Shown here: positions 1-9,399 of the stretch, in pieces | Layout of the letters: every line of letters starts with the position of its first letter | Numbering within the stretch: position 1 is the first letter of the stretch | Assembly (NCBI GenBank): GCA_016700315.1 | Contig: CP065013.1 | Span: 449,449 to 513,448, forward strand | Reading direction: 5' to 3' | DNA from: Candidatus Saccharimonadota bacterium | Lineage (GTDB): Bacteria; Patescibacteriota; Saccharimonadia; Saccharimonadales; SZUA-47 | DNA length: 64,000 bases | The notes under the pieces: model-generated | Told to the model about the DNA's origin: nothing | What the model saw: the letters and a program-made list of their open reading frames with translations, nothing else | Database searches by the model: none | Made by a program: the position numbers and the translations under genes

Positions 1-1
1 T

Positions 2-478
2 TCGGCAATCTCACTTGCATATGTTGACAAGGGCGAAGTGCTGCTGGGTGGGGTGCTGAACCCTTACAATGGTGATACATACATTGCTGAAAAACACAGA
101 GGTGCTACGCTCAATGGCCAAAATATATCTGTTGGCAATGCCAAGGCTTTTGATATGGGTACGCGTGTCTGTACCTGTAACACGTACGAGGAAAACGATA
201 ACCGAAACATTAGGATGCTTTTGAATTTAGGCAAAACTTGGTTCGACGTCCAAGGCAGTGCGGTGTTGGCGATGTGTGATGCCGCCTGCGGCAAATTTGA
301 TCTGTTCTTTCATGATGGCTTAAAGCCTTGGGACAATGCCGCAGCGTTCTTAATAGCCAAAGAAGCAGGTGCAAAAATAGTAGGTTTAGACGGCCAAGCT
401 GTCGACTGGACAAGCCCAGAGATACTAGTAGGGAATGCTGATTTAGTAGGTCTTTTTGTTTCAAAGAATAAACCTTAA
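2..478 (+). CDS. inositol monophosphatase (IMPase/SuhB) family protein, C-terminal part; 5' end outside window
   Basis: Frame open from nt 2; C-terminal IMPase signature WDNAAAFLIAKEAGAKIVGLDG (WDxAAG motif). Confidence 0.75.
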   Translation, partial: SAISLAYVDKGEVLLGGVLNPYNGDTYIAEKHRGATLNGQNISVGNAKAFDMGTRVCTCNTYEENDNRNIRMLLNLGKTWFDVQGSAVLAMCDAACGKFDLFFHDGLKPWDNAAAFLIAKEAGAKIVGLDGQAVDWTSPEILVGNADLVGLFVSKNKP

Positions 479-490
479 ACAATGTTGCTC

Positions 491-540
491 TTGACTTAAG
501 GGAGGCACGACTGTAGTATATGAATATGAGTTCATATACT
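491..540 (+). promoter_or_regulatory. candidate promoter TTGACT-17nt-TAGTAT overlapping a 10-6-10 inverted repeat (AGTATATGAA N6 TTCATATACT), putative ArsR/SmtB operator
   Basis: Read directly: TTGACT 491-496, TAGTAT 514-519, perfect 10-bp arms at 515-524 and 531-540, spanning both candidate ATGs (520, 526). Confidence 0.45.
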
Positions 541-894
541 ACTGAAGCGTGTATGTCGCAGCAATCACTCGATGAGTTAGTCGCGCTTATGAAACTACTT
601 AGTGATCCTACTCGTCTTAAAGTTTTGCATACCCTAAGGAGTAAAGGACCGCATTGTGTTGGAGACTGCATGTGCCACCTACCTGGTGTTTCACAAAGCC
701 TACTGTCGCACCACATTGCCGACTTACGAGAAGCAGGCTTGGTCGTTTCAGAAAAGAAGGGGCTGAAAGTATATTATTCGCTTTCATCACGCGGCCAAGA
801 ACTAATGGCCATGCTAACCAAACTAAATAAAGGAGAGAAGGACATGGACGGATGCCAATGCAGCGGCTGTACTTGCCAAAGCTGCAAGTGCTAA
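520..894 (+). CDS. ArsR/SmtB family metal-sensing transcriptional regulator with Cys-rich C-terminal tail
   Basis: LSDPTRLKVLHTL...HCVGDCMCHL...VSQSLLSHHIADLREAGLV wHTH pattern; tail CQCSGCTCQSCKC; true start may be ATG 526 (leaderless). Confidence 0.8.
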   Translation: MNMSSYTTEACMSQQSLDELVALMKLLSDPTRLKVLHTLRSKGPHCVGDCMCHLPGVSQSLLSHHIADLREAGLVVSEKKGLKVYYSLSSRGQELMAMLTKLNKGEKDMDGCQCSGCTCQSCKC

Positions 895-904
895 GTAACA
901 AAAA

Positions 905-931
905 TGACCCCTCAAAAAAGGGGTCATTTTA
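905..931 (+). terminator. rho-independent terminator
   Basis: TGACCCCT (905-912) / AGGGGTCA (919-926) 8-bp stem, 6-nt loop, followed by TTTT. Confidence 0.7.
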
Positions 932-1086
932 GTTTCGTAGTGTTTTTATGCAACAAGTCTCTCGGGGGGTTGTATAAAAGAAGATCAATAAAGTGGGGGG
1001 CAACCCTGCTTGCCAATAGCCCTAGCAGTATTTCACTCTGGGAGAGGCCTATTTTGTACCCCGTTTTCTACATGTATAGTAGGGGT

Positions 1087-1599
1087 ATGAATATCGGCGA
1101 TTTTTACGATCAGTATGTAGAGAAAGTTTACAAGTTCTTTTACATAAAAACGCTCAACCGGCACATAGCAGAAGATTTGACCAGCCAAACCTTCGTAGCT
1201 TTGGTTGAGAGTTTAGGTAGTAAAAAAATCGATAATCCCCAGAAGTACCTTTACGGAATTATGCGCAACAACTGGACGGAGTTTCTAAAAGACAAGTACA
1301 AGCAGCAGGTGCAAAGCTTAGAGTCGATTGAAAACTTTGAAGAGTATGCGCAAACTGAAACGCTTGAGTTTGAGCTAGCGGGCAGCACCCATGATCGGCT
1401 GAAGCCCTTCATAGACCGTTTGCCGCCCAAACAGCAAGCCGTGCTAACTTTAAGGATTTTCGATGGCCTAAACGTGCGGCAAACAGCCGAGGCAATCGAC
1501 CGAGACGTCAACTATGTAAAGGTTACTTACCGTCGGGCTATCGCTCGGTTGAGGCAAAATATAAAAAGTCCGTTTTTGGATGGAGAGGAGATAGCATGA
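1087..1599 (+). CDS. ECF-type RNA polymerase sigma-70 family factor
   Basis: Region 2-like AEDLTSQTFVALVE and region 4 PPKQQAVLTLRIFDGLNVRQTAEAIDRDVNYVKVTYRRAIARLR; ATG 1087 preceded by AGGGG; the longer ORF start at 904 would include the terminator hairpin. Confidence 0.8.
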   Translation: MNIGDFYDQYVEKVYKFFYIKTLNRHIAEDLTSQTFVALVESLGSKKIDNPQKYLYGIMRNNWTEFLKDKYKQQVQSLESIENFEEYAQTETLEFELAGSTHDRLKPFIDRLPPKQQAVLTLRIFDGLNVRQTAEAIDRDVNYVKVTYRRAIARLRQNIKSPFLDGEEIA

Positions 1600-2480
1600 A
1601 GAAAATGCCCCGCGACTTAAGGCGTGTAGTCCACGATGATCGCTTGGTGATTAATCCTGCATTTCGTCGAAAACTCAAAAACGAAATATTAAGAATTCAG
1701 GAAGGAAGCGCAATTATGGCAAAAACGAATAAAAAGTCAGCTAACAAGTTATCATTTCTCAAAACGTTAAATACCGTCCCCGGTGTGGCCGCGCTGGCCG
1801 TATTGATTGTCGTAGGCTCGGTGACTGGGGTTCTGGCCTCTAACCACGCCCGTAAGGTTAGCGAGAGAAGCTCGGCGCTACCTAGCAACCTCGAAGGTTT
1901 AGTCAGCATGGAATCCGTACGTGCAACAGCCTTAGCCGAAAATCCAACAGCCCAGATAACTGGCATTGAGTTAGAGAATGAAGAAGGTGTTTTGTACTAT
2001 AAGGTACGTTTCGCTGACGGTAGTTTTAAGCTTTATGATGCCAAAACCGGCCAACTAGTTGTTAAGCCAATTGACGAAACAGCAGAAAAAGATGAGGCAG
2101 TGCCAGCAGACTTTAAACCAGCGGTAACGCTTGATCAGGCTCGCACCACGGCTCAAGCAAAACGACCAGGCCAAACCGTGGTAAAGATCGAGCTAGAAGT
2201 TGAAGACGGAATCGTTGTCTACAGCGTACGTTTTGCGGATGGCAGCCGTGTAGACGTAAACGCTACCGATGGTTCGGTTGTCCGAGTAAAAACCGCTGAT
2301 AGCACTACTAAGACTGAGAGCAGCAGTGACGATTCTAATAACGAAATAGAGACAGAAGATGAAAAGTCTGGCAGCGATTCAGGAAGTAGTGATCAACGAA
2401 GCGGTGATGATTCGCATTCAGGAAGCTCTGGCTCCGGCAGCTCAGATTCAGGCGGCTCTGGCTCTGGCCACGATGATTAG
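1596..2480 (+). CDS. membrane-anchored tandem PepSY-domain protein, possible anti-sigma partner
   Basis: ATGA overlap with sigma gene; one TM helix (VPGVAALAVLIVVGSVTGVLA); two PepSY-like repeats (GIELENEEGVLYYKVRFADGS / KIELEVEDGIVVYSVRFADGS); S/G/D-rich tail. Confidence 0.6.
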   Translation: MKKMPRDLRRVVHDDRLVINPAFRRKLKNEILRIQEGSAIMAKTNKKSANKLSFLKTLNTVPGVAALAVLIVVGSVTGVLASNHARKVSERSSALPSNLEGLVSMESVRATALAENPTAQITGIELENEEGVLYYKVRFADGSFKLYDAKTGQLVVKPIDETAEKDEAVPADFKPAVTLDQARTTAQAKRPGQTVVKIELEVEDGIVVYSVRFADGSRVDVNATDGSVVRVKTADSTTKTESSSDDSNNEIETEDEKSGSDSGSSDQRSGDDSHSGSSGSGSSDSGGSGSGHDD

Positions 2481-2551
2481 CTTAATAAACTCAACCTATT
2501 ACCCAAAACATCAATCAATACGGCGCTTGCTAGAGATGGTAAGATAGACTT

Positions 2552-3112
2552 ATGAGCAAAAAAATATTCGCGGGCCTAATGATGGTGATAGTATTTACTG
2601 GCTTTATATTTTACGTACTTTCAAAAAAAGACAATGAACAGCCCAACATTACCTCTACTACGACAGCCTCCAAAGGCGAGCTTAATAAAGCAGGCCAAAA
2701 TTTGAGCCAGGTATCCTCAGAAATTTACAACCAAACAGATACTATGGTTTTGGTTTTTTCTAACAACAGTCTAAAGAGTCTGCCCAGCGAAATGGGCAGA
2801 ATGGTTAATCTGACTACTCTAAAACTTGACCACAATCAGCTTGAGGGTAGCCTCATAGGCGAGATTAGGCAAATGCAAAATCTCAAAATTCTTGATGCGA
2901 GCTACAATAAGATGACAGGCATACCTGCCGAGATAGGGCAGCTAAAAAACCTCCAAAGTCTTGATTACAGCTACAATCAGATTACTGATCTGCCAAATGA
3001 ACTAGCAAATCTCAAGAATCTAAAGCTGCTAAACCTTACTGCCAACCCAATTTCGACAGACAAAATCCAAAGCCTCAAGGCGGCATTACCGAAAACCAAC
3101 ATTATTTTCTAG
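2552..3112 (+). CDS. membrane-anchored leucine-rich repeat (LRR) protein
   Basis: N-terminal TM helix, then about 5 LRR units (LxxLxLxxNxL: NLTTLKLDHNQL, NLKILDASYNKM, NLQSLDYSYNQI, NLKLLNLTANPI). Confidence 0.8.
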   Translation: MSKKIFAGLMMVIVFTGFIFYVLSKKDNEQPNITSTTTASKGELNKAGQNLSQVSSEIYNQTDTMVLVFSNNSLKSLPSEMGRMVNLTTLKLDHNQLEGSLIGEIRQMQNLKILDASYNKMTGIPAEIGQLKNLQSLDYSYNQITDLPNELANLKNLKLLNLTANPISTDKIQSLKAALPKTNIIF

Positions 3113-3136
3113 AGTCCGTTATGGGATAATGAGATC

Positions 3137-3400
3137 ATGAAAGTAGTGATAATTGACGTACGAGAACCGTTTGAATTTGCCAGCGGTCATATAAATGGCG
3201 CCATCAATATCCCGCCCGAAAAGTTTGTTAGCGGTACGCCGGAAGAGTTAAAAAATGTCGACAAAGAGACGCGGCTAATCGTTTACTGCAGAAGCGGCTC
3301 TCGCAGCAATTCGGCAATTCCATTCTTTAGACAAATGGGGTTTACTAACATCGAGAATGGCATTAATCAAGATCGTTTGAGGGCAAAGTACGGGGTCTAG
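3137..3400 (+). CDS. single-domain rhodanese-like sulfurtransferase
   Basis: VREPFEFASGHINGAINIP and active-site loop YCRSGSRS. Confidence 0.8.
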   Translation: MKVVIIDVREPFEFASGHINGAINIPPEKFVSGTPEELKNVDKETRLIVYCRSGSRSNSAIPFFRQMGFTNIENGINQDRLRAKYGV

Positions 3401-3477
3401 CACAGAGCGGCTAAGCTGGAGTTTGAATCTATTTGCTTGGGTTGGTATTATTTAAGCATTAATTAAGGGGAGTCTAG

Positions 3478-4119
3478 ATGAAGAACAAAATAGTCATGAC
3501 ATTAGTAGCTATAGTGCTTGTTGGTGGTGGTGTATTTTGGTTGATGGGCAAAGACAAGGACGATACCAAATCAACCAACAATTCTACTAGTGCCAATAAT
3601 ACTTCGCAGGAACAAAAGCCAACAGAAGCGGATAATGGCTTAAAACTTATGGCGCAGACAGTTGGTCAACAAGCTGACTGCTCTACCTACAACTTCTCAG
3701 AGCTACAAAAAATATGGGGCGTGCCGTTTGTTGATACAGACATAAATAAGGTCAGCCAGCTTTCAACCAGCGGAGGCAAACTTTATTCTTGCACCTACAA
3801 CGAAACCGACAGCGGCCAAGGCGCAACTTTTGCCATTGAATATCGGGAACACCCTAGCGTTGACTCTGCGAAGCAAAGCATTGCCGACACTCTTAGCACC
3901 GAAAAATATGGTGACAAAGTTTATTACATCAGAGAAGATATAGCGGGTGTTGGTGACCAGGCGTTTCATTTTACCCAAAATACCGACAGCCCTAAGAATC
4001 GACAAATGTTTGTCCGTAAAGGCAACGTGGTTTTTATGCTTTCCGGTGTTAACCTTGCCGGCGCTAGCGCTGACTACAAAGACAAGCTTAAAGCTTCATA
4101 CCTTCTTCACTTTAATTAA
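3478..4119 (+). CDS. hypothetical membrane-anchored or secreted protein
   Basis: N-terminal TM/signal helix, S/T/N-rich linker, strong RBS AAGGGGAG upstream; no family recognised. Confidence 0.5.
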   Translation: MKNKIVMTLVAIVLVGGGVFWLMGKDKDDTKSTNNSTSANNTSQEQKPTEADNGLKLMAQTVGQQADCSTYNFSELQKIWGVPFVDTDINKVSQLSTSGGKLYSCTYNETDSGQGATFAIEYREHPSVDSAKQSIADTLSTEKYGDKVYYIREDIAGVGDQAFHFTQNTDSPKNRQMFVRKGNVVFMLSGVNLAGASADYKDKLKASYLLHFN

Positions 4120-4148
4120 ATTTGTGTAAACCAAACAAGGAGATAACT

Positions 4149-4412
4149 ATGGCCAAACAGTGTCAAAGTTGTGGGATGCCGCTACAAACCAGAAAAGCTG
4201 GAGACTGCCGTGGGTCCGAAGCCGACGGCAGTAAGAGCGAAAAATGGTGCAAATTGTGTTATGAAAGCGGCGCTTTTTTAGGCCCCAATCGTACCATCGA
4301 TGATATGAAAAAGATTGTTGATGATACTTTGGTTGAAAACGGTAGTGGGCGGATTATGCGCTGGCTGGCCCAGAAACAACTCCCCCGCCTTGAACGCTGG
4401 AAAGCTAAGTAA
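4149..4412 (+). CDS. putative zinc-ribbon domain protein
   Basis: CQSCGMPL...CKLCY Cys pairs; ATG 4149 preceded by AAGGAG. Confidence 0.6.
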   Translation: MAKQCQSCGMPLQTRKAGDCRGSEADGSKSEKWCKLCYESGAFLGPNRTIDDMKKIVDDTLVENGSGRIMRWLAQKQLPRLERWKAK

Positions 4413-4413
4413 C

Positions 4414-5478
4414 TTACTCAGACGCAATAGTGAAACTATCTTTAATTTCGCTAGTTTGATTTTGTACGAACTTAGCTACTAGCCTATCGCTACTAACGCT
4501 AATTTGGAGTGCTCCATAAACCGAATCACTGTTACCACCATAGTAAGATTCAAAGAGGTTGAGACTAGCGGAGTTCATATTTATGGGACGTTCCTCCGCG
4601 CCGCCACTTCCAACAATTGCTAAGACACTTCCTTCAGACTTAATGAACTTGCCGTTTTTCGCTGACTTTGCGCAACTTTCGGGGTTAATACTGAGTGGCG
4701 ATATTGTTTTGCAATCATCAGATATTACCAACTGCTTACTGCGCATATAGGCATGTTCGTGACCTTGTAGAATTAAGTCTACTTTCTGGCTGACCAGTAG
4801 GTCGCTAAGATCTTGCCCGATTTCACAGCTTTTTATACCAACGCTTATGCAGTTCTTGTGCATTGCTACGACTACCCATGAAATGTTCTGCTTTTTAGCT
4901 TCTGAGATTGTTTCTTTTAGCCAGGTGTAATCGGGATCATCCTTAGTAAATTTAGCTTTGTGACCACCCACTTCGATATCGGGCGAGATTACGATCATCC
5001 TCGCAAGTTTTTGGTAGTCAAAGTAGTACGAATCAGGGTATGAGCCAACTAAGTTTGGTATACGATTTGGCAGACAAGCCGAAAATTTCTCAATTTTTGC
5101 TAATGGTTCTATATCGTGGTTGCCAGCAACAAGCTGGAACGGGGCATTTACTTTGGCGTTAATCTGATTACACCATTCCTTTTCGCTTGTTTTGCTGTAG
5201 CTAAAGTCACCCAGCGCAAGAACAAAGTGAGGCTTGCCATTGGCTAGGTTGTCGAGAGTCTGACCGAATCTCTCACCGATATCGAAGTCGCCCACAGCAG
5301 AAAAAAATAACTCATTTTTTGCGATCTGGGAGCTAGGTTTGTACGAAGGACTTACGTTTGTGTATATGCTAGAGGTATAGCTTGAAGCAACTAAAAGACC
5401 AGCTGCAAATGTTATCGCACAAACTACAATAAGCACAGAAAAACGTGTAGATTTTATAGCGTCAAAGTTTAACTTCAT
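4414..5478 (-). CDS. membrane-anchored metallophosphoesterase (calcineurin-like)
   Basis: Motifs GDFDIG, LALGDFSY, AGNHD, GHEHAY; N-terminal TM helix. Confidence 0.8.
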   Translation of the reverse strand: MKLNFDAIKSTRFSVLIVVCAITFAAGLLVASSYTSSIYTNVSPSYKPSSQIAKNELFFSAVGDFDIGERFGQTLDNLANGKPHFVLALGDFSYSKTSEKEWCNQINAKVNAPFQLVAGNHDIEPLAKIEKFSACLPNRIPNLVGSYPDSYYFDYQKLARMIVISPDIEVGGHKAKFTKDDPDYTWLKETISEAKKQNISWVVVAMHKNCISVGIKSCEIGQDLSDLLVSQKVDLILQGHEHAYMRSKQLVISDDCKTISPLSINPESCAKSAKNGKFIKSEGSVLAIVGSGGAEERPINMNSASLNLFESYYGGNSDSVYGALQISVSSDRLVAKFVQNQTSEIKDSFTIASE

Positions 5479-5544
5479 TATTGTAATTATAACATTGGAT
5501 CACTAAATGCTTACGTCTGTTATAGGAGTTGCAGAAAGATGAAA

Positions 5545-5823
5545 TTACTTCTTGACCCAAGGTTTTTTGCCAGGTCGATGCGAACAGCCCTGCCAGCAGC
5601 ATGGTCGGCGCATGCCAGAATGCATTTTGGATTTGCCAACTTCAATTCTTCTAGAGCGCGTTTCGGCCTTTTTGGCTTCTTCGACCCAACAAATCCACTC
5701 ATTGCGCGCCAGTGGCGTAATATCTTGCCACATCTCAAGCATTTTTTGATCAGCCAAAATAGCTTTTTTGAGGTCGTTGGGTAAATTGTGTACGGTTCCG
5801 TCAGCTAATTGATGAATATTCAT
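5545..5823 (-). CDS. YdeI/OmpD-associated family protein
   Basis: ITPLARNEWICWVEEAKKAETRSRRIE pattern typical of the family. Confidence 0.6.
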   Translation of the reverse strand: MNIHQLADGTVHNLPNDLKKAILADQKMLEMWQDITPLARNEWICWVEEAKKAETRSRRIEVGKSKMHSGMRRPCCWQGCSHRPGKKPWVKK

Positions 5824-5904
5824 GAACCTATAATACTACAGGGCAAAATATGTTGCTGTTTTGAAAAATGGTAATGGTAGTTAGTAAGAGTGTATTATGT
5901 CTAT

Positions 5905-6321
5905 ATGGCACAACAACTAAAGACTCAGCAGCGTGATGATTCGGTCGAAGACTTCATTCAAAGCTTTCCGGCAGAAGATATCGACGACGCCAAGAGGCTG
6001 TGCGATTTAATGTCAAAATCTACGGGCGAAAAACCAGCTCGATGGGGCAACAAAATCGTTGGCTTTGGCAAATACACCTACAAATACGCCAGTGGACGCA
6101 GTGGCGACTGGCCGCCAGTGGCCTTTGCCCCAAGAAAGGGCGGCATGACGCTATACCTTATGGACGGACAAGATAAGTATAAAGAAGAATTAAGTGGCAT
6201 GACCGTGGCTGGTTCGGGCAAGTCCTGCGTGTACCTAAAACGCCTAAATCAGATTGATCAAACCAAACTTGCAGCAGTTATCAAAAAATCCTACCTCGCG
6301 ATAGTGGCCGCTCATAGCTAA
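5905..6321 (+). CDS. DUF1801 (YdhG-like) domain protein
   Basis: DSVEDFIQSF...WGNKIVGFGKYTYKYASGRSGDWPPVAFAPRKGGMTLYL pattern; ATG 5905 chosen over GTG 5890. Confidence 0.6.
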   Translation: MAQQLKTQQRDDSVEDFIQSFPAEDIDDAKRLCDLMSKSTGEKPARWGNKIVGFGKYTYKYASGRSGDWPPVAFAPRKGGMTLYLMDGQDKYKEELSGMTVAGSGKSCVYLKRLNQIDQTKLAAVIKKSYLAIVAAHS

Positions 6322-6387
6322 TATGCTTTCAGGATGGGTACAACACGACGCGGTATCGTATAGGACAAAAAGCTAGGGTAGTATTGT

Positions 6388-8106
6388 TTAGCTACCAAAA
6401 GTGAATGCGTTGACGGTGACGCCCGATTGAAATGTCAAAGTTAGCATCTGGTTGGACATAAATTTATCTAAGTTCACGATTTTGTATAGGCGAGCGCCGC
6501 TCAGGCTCACTTGTTTTTTTGGGTTAACATCGGCTCCGCCCGGGGAACCCTCACCCTCAACGGATACTTCGACGAGCGATCCGGGTGGACCGCTCATGAC
6601 GAGGTAGACTTCTTTGGCAGAAAAGTTTATTCTTAGCCTTGATTCGCCCGAAAGGCTTTGGCTAGACTCATCGTTTATTTGCCATTGCCCACCCAGCGAC
6701 CACTCGTGTTCTTTTAGTTCACTCGCAAGGGAATAGTCTACGGGTTGATCGCCCATAAACTGGGCGGCATTAGCAAAGCGTTCGGCGCGGTCGTAGCCGA
6801 GGTATGTTTCTGGTGTTTGCTCGCCGGCTGCCGAGCCTGCGCTACGTTCTATTTCAATTTTTTCTGTAATTGATTTTCCGGATTCCTTAAGTAATTCTTG
6901 GATAGTTTTCTCGGTTTCGGCATAGTCGCCCTCACCAAAATGCGTGTACCGAACCTGGCCATCCTTGTCGATCAAGTATTTAGCGGGCCAGAAGCGATTT
7001 TGGTACGCTCGCCAGGTAGCAAAGTCGTTATCCAAAGCTACTGGGTACTTAATGCTCGCTTCAACTACCGCGCGCTTGACGTTTTCGGTAACTTTTTCAA
7101 AAGCAAACTCTGGAGCATGCACGCCAACGATGACAAATCCATCATCTTTGTACTTGTCGTACCAAGTATTTAAGTATGGCTGAGTCCGTTGGCAATTAAT
7201 ACAGGAATACGTCCAGAAGTCTATAAGTACCACTTTTCCTCTTAAGCCTTTAATGCTCAGTGGGTCGCTATTTATCCACTCTGCAATATTTTTTAGCTCC
7301 GGCGCATCATAAGCATCGACATTAAATCTTTCTTTATTTGTGTCGGCAGCGCTATTTGAATGTGACGAATTATCACTTTTTGGAACTAGTTTTTCTTCTA
7401 GTAGCTTTATGTTGATAAAATCTTTTTCCACTAGATAAGTTTGTATTTTTTTGTCTAGCCCAGTTGCAACAAGTATCCCAACCAAAATGAACAAAGCAGC
7501 GATGCCTCTTTGGAACAATCCCCTGGGGTTGCTTGCCCACTTGATACGCTCTAGCAACCTACGACCAAGTAGCGCTATGGCCAACAATGCCGTAGCCACC
7601 CCGAGGACGTAACACGTCAGGTAAAACATCCCGAGTAATGTGCTTGAAGGTAACACGGTGGCAATTACCCAAGCATAGGTTGGGCTACAGCTACTAAAAA
7701 TGGGGCCTAGCGCCGCACCAATGAGAACTGCCGACAATGTGCCATTTTGTTGTTTGTAGGCTTTACCGAGTAAACCTTGAGTCCTGTGTTCAATGCCCAG
7801 CCTTCCGATGATTTGTGCCCATAAATCAGGCAGTAGCATAAAAATACCTAGGATGATTACCAGAATCCCTGAGCCAATCGTCCAGACTTTTGGGTCAATA
7901 CCTATAAATATGGTTGAAGCCTTGAGAAGCAGAGTAAATAGGATAAGTGAAACAACCAGGCTAGCTGTGATGATATATGGCCGCCACTTGTCCTTTTTCT
8001 CTGCCACAAAACTGCCGCCGAGGATGATTGGCAGTAGTGGCAGTACGCACGGGGCTAGAGCCGTCAGCAGCCCCGCAACATATGAAAGTAGTGCCGTTAC
8101 CAGCAT
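6388..8106 (-). CDS. DipZ-like fusion: CcdA/DsbD-type membrane thiol-disulfide transporter + thioredoxin-like (redoxin) domain
   Basis: N-terminal TM domain with LAPCVLPLLP and SSCSPT Cys motifs; periplasmic FWTYSCINCQRT CxxC redoxin domain; C-terminal beta-rich domain. Confidence 0.8.
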   Translation of the reverse strand: MLVTALLSYVAGLLTALAPCVLPLLPIILGGSFVAEKKDKWRPYIITASLVVSLILFTLLLKASTIFIGIDPKVWTIGSGILVIILGIFMLLPDLWAQIIGRLGIEHRTQGLLGKAYKQQNGTLSAVLIGAALGPIFSSCSPTYAWVIATVLPSSTLLGMFYLTCYVLGVATALLAIALLGRRLLERIKWASNPRGLFQRGIAALFILVGILVATGLDKKIQTYLVEKDFINIKLLEEKLVPKSDNSSHSNSAADTNKERFNVDAYDAPELKNIAEWINSDPLSIKGLRGKVVLIDFWTYSCINCQRTQPYLNTWYDKYKDDGFVIVGVHAPEFAFEKVTENVKRAVVEASIKYPVALDNDFATWRAYQNRFWPAKYLIDKDGQVRYTHFGEGDYAETEKTIQELLKESGKSITEKIEIERSAGSAAGEQTPETYLGYDRAERFANAAQFMGDQPVDYSLASELKEHEWSLGGQWQINDESSQSLSGESRLRINFSAKEVYLVMSGPPGSLVEVSVEGEGSPGGADVNPKKQVSLSGARLYKIVNLDKFMSNQMLTLTFQSGVTVNAFTFGS

Positions 8107-8116
8107 ATTTCGTACC

Positions 8117-8665
8117 TTACGACTTTATACTGTCAATGGCTTTAGTAAGCGAAGTTGCAGACCACTGCGCTGTTTCATTGCCATTGGTATCAACCTGCAC
8201 AAATGTGTACTGGGTGGTGACGCCGTATTTTTGGCGTAGGTCGGTCGAGCTGTCAAAATCGGTTTTTATTAGCGTGACACCAGCTGGGATTTTTGTCATA
8301 TCAGCGTTTATTTCTTTATCAATACCTTGGCAGATAGGGCACCAGCTTGCGTGGAAGAAGTAGACTTTCTTTGAATCAGCATATTTACTGGAGTCTTTAT
8401 TGTAGTCAGCAAGCGTTACATACGAGCCGTGCTTGCTCATGGCGTCGCCCTCGGCCATGGCGTCGCCCTCACTCGCCATTTTATCTTTTTCCATAGCGGC
8501 GGCTTCATCTTTTTTCATCATAGCTTCTTCCTCAGTCTTCTTCTCCATCGCCATTTTCTCTTGTTCTTTTTTGTCGTTACGATTATTGTTGTAGGCCATT
8601 ACTCCACCGCCGACCAATAATACTCCGACAATGCTAGCTACAATTACTGATGTTTTCTTGTTCAT
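8117..8665 (-). CDS. membrane-anchored thioredoxin-like protein
   Basis: TM helix, E/K/M/A-rich linker, FFHASWCPICQ CxxC motif. Confidence 0.75.
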   Translation of the reverse strand: MNKKTSVIVASIVGVLLVGGGVMAYNNNRNDKKEQEKMAMEKKTEEEAMMKKDEAAAMEKDKMASEGDAMAEGDAMSKHGSYVTLADYNKDSSKYADSKKVYFFHASWCPICQGIDKEINADMTKIPAGVTLIKTDFDSSTDLRQKYGVTTQYTFVQVDTNGNETAQWSATSLTKAIDSIKS

Positions 8666-8742
8666 GGATACCCCCGCTTTTAGTTAGTTGTATAGAAAAA
8701 GTATAAATTGTAGCAAAGACCTGTGTCAAGTTGACTTTACAG

Positions 8743-9108
8743 TTATCTGCCGTCTTTTGTACGTTGAACGACAATCTTGGTAGCAATCATAGATAGCAGG
8801 GCAACCGGGACAATCGGGTCAAGATCGTGATGTAGGCTTTGAATGACCAGCGCAGCAATCAGTACCAACGAACCCGCAATGTATGCCGACCTACTAGCAA
8901 GTGCCTGGTTCTGTATTTCACGCTCGTCAACTGGTTGCTCACGCCACAAAAAAACTAAAAACATCGCGATAAGCCCGAGGACGACGGTGAGTATTACCAT
9001 CTGAAAACTAGAGGGCATCACAAACTTTTTTGGGGCGACCGCAAGAAGGGAAATGGTAGTGAGGCCAAGCAGAAGGACGACGTCGAGTAATGATTTATAT
9101 TTTTTCAT
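8743..9108 (-). CDS. small integral membrane protein (partner of XRE regulator)
   Basis: Four predicted TM helices; overlaps the upstream HTH gene by 14 nt. Confidence 0.5.
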   Translation of the reverse strand: MKKYKSLLDVVLLLGLTTISLLAVAPKKFVMPSSFQMVILTVVLGLIAMFLVFLWREQPVDEREIQNQALASRSAYIAGSLVLIAALVIQSLHHDLDPIVPVALLSMIATKIVVQRTKDGR

Positions 9109-9319
9109 ATTTAAAGATCTCCTCCACCTTTTTGTTTAGTATAGCGGCTAATCTAAGCGCTAGCAGCACACTTGGCACATAATTGCCTTTTTCGATAGCA
9201 ATGATAGTTTGTCTAGTCGCCTGTACCTTATCGGCCAGCTCGTCTTGGGTAATCTTAAGGGCAGTGCGCGCTTCACGCACTGTATTAACCACCGTGTGTT
9301 CTTTGTCTCTGATAAACAA
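9095..9319 (-). CDS. XRE-family helix-turn-helix transcriptional regulator
   Basis: ITQDELADKVQATRQTIIAIEKGNYVPSVLLALRLAAIL; TTG start. Confidence 0.8.
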   Translation of the reverse strand: MFIRDKEHTVVNTVREARTALKITQDELADKVQATRQTIIAIEKGNYVPSVLLALRLAAILNKKVEEIFKYEKI

Positions 9320-9399
9320 TTAATAGCTCCCGATTTTGTATAGTCAACCGTACATATCATAGCATATCTCCTGAAGATACGAATATCTGGAGCAAGTTG

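Noticed and set aside
210-901. Minus-strand ORFs 210..716 and 617..901
   Set aside because: They are antisense to the IMPase and ArsR genes. The translations are Cys/Leu/Ser-rich with no family resemblance.
904-1086. N-terminal extension of the sigma-factor ORF starting at ATG 904
   Set aside because: The extension begins inside the terminator hairpin of the upstream gene and encodes non-sigma-like sequence. ATG 1087, preceded by an AGGGG RBS, gives a normal-length ECF sigma.
5520-5784. Overlapping ORFs 5520..5738(-), 5539..5784(+) and 5552..5749(+)
   Set aside because: They all overlap the YdeI-like gene (5545..5823, minus), which is the only one with a recognisable family pattern.
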